Shown: positions 1-11,652 of the stretch, one piece after another | How positions within the stretch are numbered: the first letter of the stretch is position 1 | Layout of the letters: each line of letters begins with the position of its first letter | From: Spiroplasma endosymbiont of Antitype chi | GTDB lineage: Bacteria > Bacillota_I > Bacilli_A > Mycoplasmatales > Mycoplasmataceae | Assembly: GCA_964019725.1 (NCBI GenBank) | Contig: OZ026467.1 | Coordinates: forward strand, 2,100,347-2,132,346 | Length of the DNA stretch: 32,000 nt | Direction: 5' to 3' | The notes under the pieces: model-generated | Told to the model about the DNA's origin: nothing | The model's database searches: none | The model's input: the letters and a program-made list of their open reading frames with translations, nothing else | Made by a program: the position numbers and the translations under genes

Positions 1-1057
1 TAATAGTATCTCCGTCATTTTCATTAATACCAATTCATAATTTGTATTTATATTTTGTAGAATCATAATTTCTAATTTGATATTTTTTGTCAGAAAAAGA
101 TACAAAATCACTAGTATCAACAATTTCTTAATCATTACCAGTATTAATAGATATATCGTCATTACCTAATAATAAACTACCATTAATAGTTTTAATATTT
201 GCTCCACTTATTAATTTATCTTGTTTAAGATTAATATCTTGTGATGTTTTAACAATATATTTACTATCAACTTTTTCAATATAATTTTTATTTAAATCAC
301 TATCTTTAATAACATCTGAAGGAATATAACCACTTTGTTTTGCTTTTCAAACACCATTTTCTTCATAAATAGTATCATTATCAAACGGAACAATAAGTTT
401 AATATATTCGTTATAATCAATTTTAGAAAAGTCATTAATAGTTGGATAAGTAATATTTATTGAATTATCTGTTTGTAGTCGTTCTTTTAATCAAAATAAT
501 AATGTTGGATAAAAAGTTTTTTTACTAATATGTTTATATTCTTCTTCTCATGAATGAGCATAATTATCTAAACTATAATTATATGGTCTAGATACTGTTT
601 TACTAAATATAATATCAATTATTTCACCTGCTAATTTTAAAGCATTTTTAACATCTCTGGTAATATTTTCATTTGCTTCTCGGTCATTAGTTTGTGAATA
701 TGCTACACCACCTTGGGAAAATGATGCACTACCAGTTAAATCATTAACTCCTTTTGGTAAATATCAATTTATAATTGCTAATAAACAAGCAGATTGAATA
801 TAACTTAATCATTTTTCATATTCAATTAAACCTGTATTATCTTTTTTTACTCAAGGAAACAAATCTTTTTTATTTATTTTATCTGAAATTGTCCCACCTG
901 ATAATCTATCCATTCATAAACTAGTTTTTAAAATAGCATTATAAATTAAATTATCATTATAAGCAGATTGTTTTCTATCATTAATAGGTTGTCAAAGTTT
1001 ACTTTCTTTAACATCTTCAACTTTTATAAATAATAAATTACTTAAATTATTTTCCAT
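1..1057 (-). pseudogene. Phage structural protein, possibly fibre/receptor-binding type; runs off left edge; one in-frame TAA
   Basis: ATG at 1057 overlaps the stop of the upstream gene (ATGGAAAATAA). The frame is open under table 4 to position 1 except for TAA at 128-130, after which 42 more codons stay open. The C-terminal part reads ...KLISGANIKTINGSLLLGNDDISINTGND..., which resembles repeat motifs I associate with phage fibre proteins (memory only). It is the last visible gene of the capsid operon. Confidence 0.45.
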
Positions 1058-1985
1058 ATAAAACACCTCTTAATTGATTACAATATTTATTTTTTAAATT
1101 ACTTGGCTTATAACTATTAACTCTTGTTTTTATTTTCTTAATTGTTTTGATAGTTTGATTAGTTTTGTAAAACATATTTTTAACTGGTGTTTTATATAAA
1201 TTCTTAATATTTTTAACATCACTTCGGCGTTCACGATACCATTTTTTATTATTAATTTCACCAGCAAAATTAAAATTAAAATGTCCAATCTTTAAATTAT
1301 TAATAAACTTTTTAATTTGTTGTAATTTTTGAACTGTTGTTAATGTTAATTTAGTAGTCCCTTTGGGATATTTTTCTTTTAATTCTTTTGGTAACCGTTT
1401 TTTAATATAATTTCTTAAATGACTAGGTAATCATTTTCTTAATCAATAACGCCAAAATAAAGTCCCTGCATTAGATACAGCATTACTTAATAATTTTCAA
1501 ATTTCAACTGTAACACTAGGGTAAACATATGGACCATAAAACTTCGGATGTTTTGCTGTTTTTGTATATATTAAAATAGTTAAATTACCTGTTAAAGTTA
1601 ACTTATTTGTAATATTAAACATACCACTATCAAGTCAACTACTATTTAAAGGTTGCCAATTAGTATTTAGATAATTTTCATTTTTAAATTGTTCTCTATT
1701 TTTAATATTATTATCTTTTTCTAATTGACTTAATATTTGTTGAATTTCTTTTTTATGACCTTTTTTAATTAAATCTAAATAAGTAAATGGATTTAACCAC
1801 CGATAAATATCTCCAACTTTACTTGTAATTTTATTATATTTATAAGTAATATAATTAATTGGTTTTAATACTTTATTTTGAACTTGATTAACTCTATTAA
1901 TTAAATTTACAAATTTACTTATTAAAGGTTTATTTTCTAAATTATTTACTAATAAAGTTAAAACTCGTAATATTAGTAAATTCAT
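1047..1985 (-). CDS. Hypothetical phage protein, 312 aa, Lys/Arg-rich
   Basis: ATG 1985, TAA 1047-1049, 939 nt in frame. ORF-track fragment 1635-1985 continues across TGA (1635-1637) and further TGA codons without TAA/TAG. Same strand as the capsid-like gene and directly downstream of it. Confidence 0.55.
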
Positions 1986-2057
1986 TGTTTATTAATAATT
2001 TTTAATTACTACATCAATCGGATTTGTTTGACCACTAGCGTTATTTTTACCTCGAAT

Positions 2058-3362
2058 TTAAACGTCAACAGTTTTATCATTTGTAATATTTATTGGTCAT
2101 TCTTCACCTTTGCTTTCAATAAAGTAATCAAAATAACTTTCAGTTAAAGAACTGTTTACGGCTTTTATTACTTTTAAAACAACATCTTTAAATTGTAGTT
2201 TTAACTGTTCTGGTGTTGCTTTTGTTGGGTCTGCAACATGAATAGTTGGTTTATCTAATTTATTAATTTTACTAATATCTATTTTACTTGGTGTTGGTGC
2301 AGTGATTACATAATCAACTGGCACTCTAAAAGTTTTATTTAGATTACTTTTGGCAGTATTAATTTCATCTTGTGTTGGTTGTTTTTCTAAAATAATTTTA
2401 CATGTTTTTGGATATAAAATAGTTGGTGTTGCATATTGTACTTTACCAATTCATTTCGGGTTAGCAGTATCATTATCTAAAACTTGTTGAATAGTATCCA
2501 TATTAATTGGATATGCTCATACTTGTTTATTAATAATTAAACCATTTACATTAGTAAAATTATAACCTTTACCTCGGTTAACTTGTCCTTTTGTATATGT
2601 TTTTTCTAAATGAAAACTTTTAGATACTGGAATACCCATTGCGGTATTTTCATATAATTCACCATTAACCATAGCTTTTAATTGAGCTTGTGAACCAATT
2701 ACTTTTAAATAAGCAGGTGTTAATCCTAAATATGCTCTTCGTCCTAAAACTATAAACATTTTATCGGTTGGTAAACCAAAATATAAATCACTAATTTGAT
2801 TTGTTAATTCAATCAAAGTTTCATTTAATGTAAAGAATGCTTTATTTGCATCATCTGCATTTTCTGCTGTATAACTACGAAATGTAATTACCTCATATTG
2901 ACCATCTGATAAACAATAATCATAAATAAACTGAATTAATTCACATTCTAAATTAACAAATTTATTTTGTACAACACTAGAAATAGCATCGGCAATAACA
3001 CCATTTTTAATATTTTGTTCTATTAATGCTAAGTCAAAAGCCTCATTCATTAATTTTAAATTAAATCTTTTATCAATAGGAACTGGGATTATTGTTAATC
3101 CAATTGTTTGAGTTGTTCCACCATTTGGTAATGAATAATCATATTGTCATACTACACGATGAGTTAAATTATATACTGATTGTCCTGCATTAGGTAATCA
3201 AGCAACTTGTTCCGCTGTTGCTGTTGCATACTGCATAATACTTGCATATTCATTATATAAAGGTCCGCGCAATAATGCATTAACCATATCAACATACGCT
3301 TTTTGGTTTGTTGTATTACCCTCTAATGTAAAAGGCACTTGTGGTAAATTAATTGTTGCCAT
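2058..3362 (-). CDS. Putative phage major capsid protein (434 aa), intact
   Basis: RBS TAAGGAGTG precedes ATG 3362. Track fragments 2517-3050 and 2097-2324 are in the same frame and joined by TGA; the stop is TAA 2058-2060. It lies immediately after a scaffold-like gene in a terS-terL-portal context. The size is typical of a capsid protein, but no diagnostic motif was recognised. Confidence 0.5.
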
Positions 3363-3378
3363 AATATTTCACTCCTTA

Positions 3379-3840
3379 TTATCTAAGGTTTTTAAGTGTA
3401 TAATCAGTTAATTTTTTAATTTCTTCCGGAGTATATGCTCCTTTTTCTTTAATAGTTTCAATTTCATCATTTTTATTTTCAGTTGATTTTTCAATCATAT
3501 CTTTAATAAAATTAGTTGGCGAAATTGATTATTGTTCTTCAACAAACAAATCAGGTTTTAATTATTTTAAAGTTTGCATTTTTTCAGATAAAGAACTACC
3601 ACTAACTTTATTTAAATTAGTTTTAATATCTTCAATTTTAGTAGATGGAACATCTTTAAAAGCCTTTAATTCATCTAATTCATTAGATAATTTAATAAAG
3701 TCTTCTTTTGATATAACATCTTCGCGTTTTTGCACACTTTCTCTAATTTGTTTTGCTTCATTATTAAACTGATTTAAGATATTTTCTGCAATCTCTTCAC
3801 TTAAACCTTGTTCGATTAATTGTTCTTTTGTAAGTGCCAT
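3379..3840 (-). pseudogene. Phage scaffolding-like protein with two in-frame TAA
   Basis: RBS AAGAGGAG precedes ATG 3840. The sequence is acidic and helical-looking (MALTKEQLIEQGLSEEIAENILNQFNNEAKQIRE...), typical of scaffold proteins. TAA at 3562-3564 and 3529-3531 both lie in a frame that stays open to TAATAA at 3376-3381, just before the capsid RBS. Confidence 0.55.
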
Positions 3841-4089
3841 TTTATAAACTCCTCTTTTTTTATTCTTGTTCGATTAACAAGTCGGCATAAACTCTTTTTT
3901 ACGGTAAAAGATTAAACCTATGGTTTAATTATATGCCAATAGTTCACAAATACAATACTTTTTCAATATAATATATATAAATAAAAATTTATAAACTTAA
4001 TATATTTTATTGCTAATTTAGCCCTTAAAACACGTAATAATGGGTATTTAACAAGATAAAATTTTTAAAATAAGTCATGATTTTATTTG

Positions 4090-4105
4090 TATATATATAT
4101 ATATA
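4090..4105. repeat. (TA)8 dinucleotide microsatellite in divergent promoter region
   Basis: tatatatatatatata read directly. Its 3' end merges into a TATAAT-like hexamer (4102-4107), about 55 nt upstream of ATG 4161. Confidence 0.9.
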
Positions 4106-4160
4106 ATAAAAATAGATCTTGATGTAAGGTTTCAAGATTAAGAAAGGGAGAAAAACAAGC

Positions 4161-4961
4161 ATGAAAAAGTTACTTAGTTTATTAAGTGTATTAATTATTA
4201 GTGGGACTGCTGTACCAACAACAATTGCCGCTAGTGCTTATCAAAAAGAAGAAAAATTAAATAGAAATAAAATAGAAAATAATAAACAAAACAATAATTT
4301 AAAAAATTTTAATACAAAAACAAGAACAAAAAGAGCTGTACATAAGTGTAATAAAATTGAAATTAGTGAAAATAAAGATTTTATTAAACAAAACAATAAT
4401 ATAATAAATGAAAGCACGAATTCAAATTTAAATTGAACTGGAGAAATTTGACTTAATTTTAATCACAAAGACATGGAATTTACTTCACAATATTATTTCG
4501 ATAAAGATGGGTCATGCTACTATATGATTGATATAAATGTTGAAAAAATGAATCCCAGTGATTATAACAGAATTTTTTTTGGTGGTCGCGAAGGTATGAG
4601 CTCAAAAAATCAGTTTACATATGCTACTTGAGGAAATAATCGACTTTGAGGAACTAATATTAATGACGTATTACAAGGCCGTGATTTAAAATAAATTATG
4701 CCGAGAATTAAAGTAGAAAATAATGATAATGATATTTCAAGGTTTTTACCTCTATCACTACAATATGTAAAAGATCATAAAGAAGGTTGGTCATATGTAA
4801 GTGTTTTTCAAAAATTTGGATTAACATATTATTATGATTCAAAAGAAGAGTCATATCATATCCAAGTATTAATAGGGCAATATGCTGGAGCTATATCGTC
4901 TTTTAGTGGCGGTATGTTGCATCTTGGTATAGGGGCATATCTTGAGTTAGGTAAAATATAA
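4161..4961 (+). pseudogene. Secreted protein (signal peptide, no lipobox Cys), interrupted by one in-frame TAA
   Basis: RBS AAAGGGAG precedes ATG 4161. The N-terminus MKKLLSLLSVLIISGTAVPTTIAASAYQ is a signal peptide. Reading continues across TGA at 4434 and beyond. TAA 4692-4694 is followed 3 nt later, in the same frame, by ORF 4698-4961, which has no RBS of its own. Confidence 0.5.
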
Positions 4962-4975
4962 TTTTAATTTAAAAT

Positions 4976-5497
4976 ATGAAAAAAATATTAAGTCTTTTTG
5001 GAACAATCACTTTAACTGGAACAAGTACAACAAGTTTAGTTGCTTGTAATACACAACAAGAATATACAGCAGAAGAATTAGAATATTTAAAAAAAGAAAA
5101 CCAAATAAATACAACTGATGAAACTATTAAAAACAATTTAGAATGAATAGCACCACAAGAAAAACCATTCAATAAAGTTGATAATAAATAATATTATGTA
5201 GTATGGCGCGGGGACACAAATCATAATTGATGTATTGTTAAATTTAACAATGATAAAATTTATAAAGAACATAGAAAAATGTTAGATAATAAAAATAATA
5301 TAGAACTTTATATTGGTGTTGAAATTTATTGAGGTTATGAAACTGTTATTTTGTTCATTGTTAATAATTATAATGATAGAGATGTTAAATGAAATAAAGA
5401 TAATGGAAAATATTTTAAAGCAATTTATCGTTGAAATTTAGATAATAATAAACCCAATTTAGGTATTGATACAAATGGTAATGTAAAGGTTAAGTAA
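4976..5497 (+). pseudogene. Lipoprotein of a YRW-motif family, in-frame TAA
   Basis: MKKILSLFGTITLTGTSTTSLVAC is a lipoprotein signal peptide with a lipobox Cys. TAA 5189-5191 is followed by 101 more open codons to TAA 5495-5497. The tail ...KYFKAIYRWNLDNNKPNLGIDTNGNVKVK and the segment YYVVWRGDTNHNW align with the 30807-31198 lipoprotein (KYYFVIWKQLYSNEW ... KGIYRWDGNDEP). The TAA aligns with a Tyr of the paralogue. Confidence 0.6.
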
Positions 5498-5514
5498 AAA
5501 TAGAAAAAAAGGCT

Positions 5515-6757
5515 TGCAAGAGTGCACCTAATTTAGTAAGTACTAATAAAAAGTATTTACTATTTTTTAATTACATCTTTTTCTTTACGATTGGAATATC
5601 ATGTATTTCATTTTATAACATCTTGAATATATTCTTCGTGTGGATTATATATTTTATTATGGATTGTAGCTTTCTTAAGTAATGAATGAAAACTTTCTAT
5701 AACAATATTATCTGCACAGTGGTAATTTTTCCCCATTGAAATTATAATACCGTTGTTAGATACACATTTATCGAGATAAATAGCGGATGTGTATTGATAT
5801 CCGTGGTCTGAATGAATTATTATTACATTCAGATCTTTTTTTTATTAATTTTATTTTATTAATTGCATCATTTAAATTATCTATTACTAATTTATTGTCA
5901 TTATATTTAGATCACTTTACATCAACTATTTCTTTAGTATATCCATCAATAATTGTTGATTGATAATATTTCTCTCCTTTTCAAATTAAATATGTTACAT
6001 CAGTATATAGCACTGAAAACCTTGTTTTTATATCATTGAATTTACGATTAATTAAATCAGGATATTGCAATAAACTTTTTTTTCTTTATTCTGTTTATAT
6101 TTCATTTTTCTTCTCATTTTTATTACATATTCAGTTTGTATTTGATTATTATGCATAATCCTTAAAACTTTTTTTGAATTATATTTTATATCATAATCTT
6201 CCTTCGAATATTTAGTAATTCTTCGATATCCAAATTGTTTTAAATTTTCTTCATAGACTTTTACAATATCATTTATTGCTTTTTTATCTTTTTTGCTACT
6301 GTCATAATTTTTATATTTATCTCAATAACTACGTTTTAACCCCGTTACTTCTAATAATAATTTTATTGAATATTAATGACAATTTTTTTTAATAAAAGAG
6401 ACGATTCTTAATTTGCTTAATTGTAAAAGTCATGGAGCTTTTTTAATAATTTATACCTTGTTTTATAATATTATAAATCTCTTTTGGTAAAAGAGATTTT
6501 AGATCCTTTAGGATTGTTTAATTTTTCTTTTTTATGATTTGCTCATCAAGATTATAATGTATTTGTATTTAGATTATATTTTTTTGCTACTATTTAACAA
6601 CTTTTTTGTTTAATTTCCTCAATGATTTTTGTTATAAATTATGATTTATATTTTTTATATTTTTGACCTTTTCTTGCAACATAAAAATTCACCATGTTTA
6701 AAAGTTTAGCAAAGTTTTTTTTACTTAACTTACTTTTTGGGGCACACTCTTTTGACA
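5515..6757 (-). mobile_element. IS3-family insertion sequence, transposase decayed
   Basis: Imperfect ~40-bp terminal inverted repeats: TGCAAGAGTGCACCTAATTTAGTAAGTAC at 5515, versus the reverse complement of the right end, TGTCAAAAGAGTGTGCCCCAAAAAGTAAGTT, ending at 6757. The minus strand encodes IS3-type OrfB motifs (...VLYTDVTYLIWKGEKYYQSTIIDGYTKEIV..., ...IIIHSDHGYQYTS..., ...NYHCADNIVIESFHSLLKK...) scattered over several frames with many stops. Confidence 0.75.
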
Positions 6758-6773
6758 TCTCTTTTTCTATTTT

Positions 6774-7100
6774 TTATCTTAGTTTAAATGTAATTTTAAC
6801 CGTATTGTTGCTTTTATTAGTAAAATTTAATTTATCAGAATTATTTGAAAAAGTTAAATTATTAAAATTTCCAAATTTTTTATAGTAAGGATAATAAGTA
6901 CCAATAATTTTTGGTCATATTACTTTTGAAAATCTAATTTTTAATTTCATATCATTTGTATAATATATTTGTAAATATACATTTTTAACATTATTATTAT
7001 TTTCTATATTTTTAATTGATGATATCTGCATCAAAAATATTAATGATAATTGACTTCTGCCTTCAATTTTATATTGTGTATGATATTTTTCTTCTATCAA
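6774..7100 (-). CDS. Hypothetical phage protein (~108 aa)
   Basis: Track ORF 6915-7100 (TTG start) continues across TGA 6915-6917 to TAA 6774-6776. It overlaps the end of the upstream gene. There is no ATG and only a weak RBS, so the start is uncertain. Confidence 0.4.
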
Positions 7101-8269
7101 ATCATCCGCTTTACTTTTATAACAAGTGATTTAATTTTTGTTGAAATTTCATATGTTTTAATGATTTTATTTTGAGGAAAATTAGCGTTTGTTATTTGTT
7201 GTTTTCCATCGTATTTAACAACAAGATCAGATAATTTTTCCAAAACGACACCACACACTTCAGTTCCCGCCAATAATTCTGTTGTTTTACTATAATCATA
7301 ATTAGCTATTTTAGTTGCACTATTGATAATAGAAAAATTATTAAGATTACTTATTTCTATTGTTTTATAAACATCTTGAAATTTACTAATACTTTGAATT
7401 GTTGGGTCAATTTGTCTTAAATCAATTTCAGTTTCATAATAACCTGTATATTCTTCTGTATCATCAAATAAATTAACCACAGTATTTAAAGTATTCTTAC
7501 ACTGGGGTTGTGCTGTAAAATTAAAGTTAATAGGTAATTTTGCATCAGAAGGAATAATATCTTTTGTATAAGGTTGATAGTTATATGGCATTGGCGGAAG
7601 AACATATTGTGGGTAATTAAATGTTGGTATTTCATAATCGTGTGGTAATAAGGAACTAGTTTGATAATTAGTTGTCATATCACGTAAATAATTATTTAAT
7701 ACACTTTTTGTTTTACCACGAAAACTTCATACTGATAAGCGTAAATAATCTTCTTCGTTATTTGTATATGGATTATCAGCATAAAAGATAATTTCAAAAT
7801 TACCTTTATATAATGCTTGTATTGAAGACATATCAATTATATAACTACAATTTGTCCCATCTATTGTTTGTAAGAATTAGCAATTATTATCTTTTTCACC
7901 ATCACTAACTGGTGTTTGTGCATCTACTGCTTTGGTTTTTTCATTAATTAAGTAAAATCGGTTAGTTTTAAGGTTTAATTGTTTTAAATTATAAGTTGAA
8001 TAAACTAATTCACTTGTTTTTTTACCATCTTTAGTTAAAACTGTACCTTTTAATTTATCAATTAATAAAGTAGTAAATCCTAAACTAGTAGCATTTGCTC
8101 CAAAAATAGCACCGACTTTATCATTCCCTTGTTCTCTAAATATTTCAAATGGTAAATAACCTTTTCCAGCAGCTTTATCACCTCAAAAGGCATCATTATA
8201 AAAACTATAAACATTAGCACACTCATAAAGCCCCAGTAAGTCATTGAAAATTAGGTCAAGTTTTTTCAT
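7094..8269 (-). pseudogene. Phage protein of unknown function (391 codons) with one in-frame TAA
   Basis: ATG 8269 (MKKLDLIFNDLLGLYECANVYSFYNDAFWGDKAAGKGY...). It is in frame with track ORF 7097-7678 and stops at TAG 7094-7096 after TGA. In-frame TAA at 7877-7879. Confidence 0.45.
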
Positions 8270-9986
8270 CTTGGTTAATTACTCAACCTCATGGAATACC
8301 AAATGAAATAAAGTTTAAGAACTTACCAACTCCACCCGGTATAGTAAAAGGGTTAAAAACTAATTTTTGCGTATATTTTAAAGGTAATACCGTAATTTGG
8401 CGATTAATAAAATTATTCATATTTAAAATATCTCAAACATTACATGCACCCATTTTATTATATTCAATTTGAACTTGACCAACAGTATTACCAAATTCAT
8501 CTTTTCTTATGAAATAAGATGAGGCTTGTGTACTAATGATATTATTAATATCTTCATTATTTATTCTTATTTCGCTCGGCGGTGTTATTTTTCAATCTTT
8601 AGACCAGTAAAATTTAGAATCCCTATCTTCTTTATAAACATATCTACCAACAGTAGAATTAGATGCTTATGTAGTGGTGGGGTCAGTTATAACAATACAT
8701 TCACTATTTTTTTGTTTTCAAAAGTCATATCTACTTTCCATATCTTTTTTTCAATCTTCATAACCTGTTATCATAGTTGGTTGAATACCTTGAATATTAT
8801 ATCAACTTACTTCGGGTGATGCATAAGTATTAACTTTGTCAGGTGGACACGGATACATGTTATACATTAATAAATCACGAGAATTCATTACTTTTTTATT
8901 AAATTGACCTTTAATTATTGGTCGGCCAATAACGAGCATATCAAAAAATATTGGATTACCATAAAATTTAACTGCCATCGCTCTAACCCCTGGGTCTTTT
9001 AATAAAATATCATCTAACTCAATAGTTGATGTGTTTGTCTTTTCATCATAAGTTATTTTAGGAAAACAATAACCTTCACCAGGTGCACTTGTTTGTATAA
9101 ATTGTCTTACTGATAAACCACTATTACTAATTTTGTCATTAATACTTGAAAGGGTAATTTCTTGTCATAAAAAACTACCATCATATGGTGAATAATAATT
9201 AATAACATTTGATGGATATAATCATTGTCTATCTTGGGGAGAAGAATTAATATCACCACCACCAATATTTAAACCACGGTCATTAAATACAGTATAAAAA
9301 TTATAATAATCATTAATATTTAATTTATTTACATCTTCATCTAAAATTAATAAAGTATATTGTCTTTCAGTTGATTGCTGTGTAAATACTTGCTCAAATT
9401 TTGCTTCACCAAATTGAATTGAACTTCTATCATCAATCATATAAGCATCTCAATATTTACCAACTTTAACTTCTTTTGTATAAAAATTATCGGCTTTATT
9501 ATCATTATTCATAAAATAACTTAATTTATATTGCTTTAAGTATTCTAACATTTTATTAATATCATAAATATTTTCACCATCAATTAATTTTCAATAAACA
9601 TTATTATTTTCATCTTTTAATTTTATCGCAAAAGGTGTTTCATTATTGGCTCATATTGTTGAGTTAACTGGTTCATTTTTAAAGTCATCAATAGTTAAGA
9701 TATTAATTTCTTCACCTTTATATTTTTGAACTATTTTTAAACTACCTTGTCATTGAACAATAGTACTTTCCATATTATCAAATATGCGTGAATAACTACC
9801 ATAATCACTTGGTTTTGCATTATTAGGTTTTCATCCTGTTTCGGTATCAGTTATATATGAACTATAAACATTAAAAGTAAATACCATTCAATGTCTATTA
9901 TCTATTATATTTTCTCTAATATCTATTAAAGTATCATGGGCTTGTTTTCTTAATTCTTCCATAACACCCGGGTTAATTCTACTCAT
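8223..9986 (-). pseudogene. Large phage protein of unknown function (587 codons) downstream of portal-like gene, one in-frame TAA
   Basis: ATG 9986 follows the portal TAATAA. It is in frame with track ORF 9222-9440; TAA 8667-8669 is in frame; the terminal TAA is 8223-8225. By position it could be a minor head or tail protein, but no motif was recognised. Confidence 0.45.
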
Positions 9987-9989
9987 TTA

Positions 9990-11381
9990 TTAATTCTCCT
10001 TAATTTCTGTTCTACCTTGTAAGGAATTTTGATTATTACCAGTTTCATCATATTCCATTAATTTATTATTATGTTCTATTTCTTTGACTTGTATTTTATC
10101 TTGTCATTTTTCTATTTTTTCAAAATATTTGGCTGCTTATAATTCATCAATATTTTCATATTCAGTAATTGCTCTTATTGGTTCCATTGTGCCATTATCT
10201 AATCTAGCAGTAATTAATTCATTTTGTCGTATTTGATCTACTAAACTAGCACTAACAAAATCAAACCCATAAGGGCGTTCACAAATACCATCTCATAAAC
10301 CATAATATTTTAAAACTGTATCAAACATCTTAGTATAATATTTTTTACGATATGCTTGTAAATATGCTTGTTTCTCTAAATCTTTTGTTTTAGTTAATAA
10401 TGATTGTGTTTTATTTTGGTCATTATCTGACTTATCACCAAAAGGACTAGAAAAATGACATGCTCAATATAATTGTTCAATAATTGATTTTTGGTCTTCG
10501 GTATATGTTTCTAAGGTTGGTGTTCCTTGTATTACTTGTAAAGATTGGGATAATTGACCATCTACTGTTGATGAACTTGATTGAACAAAAATATCATCAA
10601 ATACATCTTGTAGTACTTTTTTATTACCTTTGTTATAAGCAGTCATTAAATCATCACTTAGTATTCCATATCAGTGCGTACGATTTGCATATCTTTCTTT
10701 TGATTTAATATTAAAACTATCTTCTAAATCAAATTGTAATTTATAACAATTTGCCATTGTAGGTCATGGATTTAAAGTAGTTGATGTTGATAAGAATAAT
10801 GGATTAAGTTCATTAATCATTTCTCAAAAAGGTACGATACCTAATTTATTTTTAAATTCTTGTACTAAAACAGGTCTAACATCATCTTTAATTTGTGTTT
10901 TACTTTGTCCAACAACTATTTCATTATTTTTAGGTCAACCTTTAATAACTATTTTATCTTTGGTACAAATTAAATTTAAAATAAAACCACTATCTGATTG
11001 ATGATAATTTAATCAAATATTAGCACCTTGTTCAATTTCGTTTATTTTACTTACACGAGATGTAAAGTTAAAAGGATTAATTCATAAATCAATATTACCA
11101 TCACTAGTTTCTAATAAACCAAAGATAGTTTTACCAATTAAACTCGCTGTTAATTCATTTTTATCTAATTTTTCTTTTATTTTATAAGTTTCATATCATC
11201 AATTTAATTTTTCTAAAATGTCTTTACGATGCGACTTAAATAAAATATCTTTACCATTTACTAATCGCATTTGATGGTGAGCAATAATATTTGCTAAATT
11301 AATAGTTCAATCATAATTATAAAATTTTAAAACAATATTAATATCATTTAAGTTTGGTAAAGATTGATATGTATTATTCAT
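9990..11381 (-). pseudogene. Putative portal protein (463 codons), one in-frame TAA near C-terminus
   Basis: Strong RBS AAAGGAG precedes ATG 11381. It is in frame with track ORF 10464-10646. The size and the position after terL fit a portal. TAA at 10137-10139 is followed by 48 open codons to TAATAA (9987-9992). Confidence 0.5.
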
Positions 11382-11652
11382 GGTTATTTTTCTCCTTTAA
11401 ATTTAAGATAAGTGCATAATTAATAATATTTACTGTTAATAAACTAGGTTCATTTGCTAAAACTTGTACACATACTTTAACTTTTTGATATTTTTTAATA
11501 TATTCGTTATATAAATTTAATTTACATATTGCGATATTATCCTTTTTTAATTCTTGACAAAGTCTTTTTTTAACTTGTCCACAAACAGACATATATGGTC
11601 TTTTTGCATTTATTACACGCTCATCATGTATTACATAAATATCTTTTTTCAT
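11374..11652 (-). CDS. Small hypothetical phage protein (92 aa)
   Basis: An internal ATG at 11652 with RBS AAAGGGAGTGAA, inside track ORF 11374-11679. It is coupled to the terL stop (TAATG) and overlaps the portal start by 8 nt. Confidence 0.4.
   Translation of the reverse strand: MKKDIYVIHDERVINAKRPYMSVCGQVKKRLCQELKKDNIAICKLNLYNEYIKKYQKVKVCVQVLANEPSLLTVNIINYALILNLKEKNNHE

Noticed and set aside
3911-3929. Hairpin ATTAAACC-tat-GGTTTAAT upstream of the scaffold-like gene as a terminator or operator
   Set aside because: The stem is only 8 bp and AT-rich, there is no adjacent T run on the relevant strand, and such hairpins are common by chance in this composition.
8526-8819. Track ORFs antisense to, or out of frame with, recognisable genes: 4969-5172(-), 6694-6885(+), 8526-8819(+), 10484-10708(+), 20729-20917(+), 20798-20986(-), 24950-25210(-), 27530-27829(-), 31080-31271(+)
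   Set aside because: All lie inside better-supported genes or IS ends on the other strand or in another frame. They have low-complexity hydrophobic translations typical of AT-rich shadow frames, and they lack RBS support.
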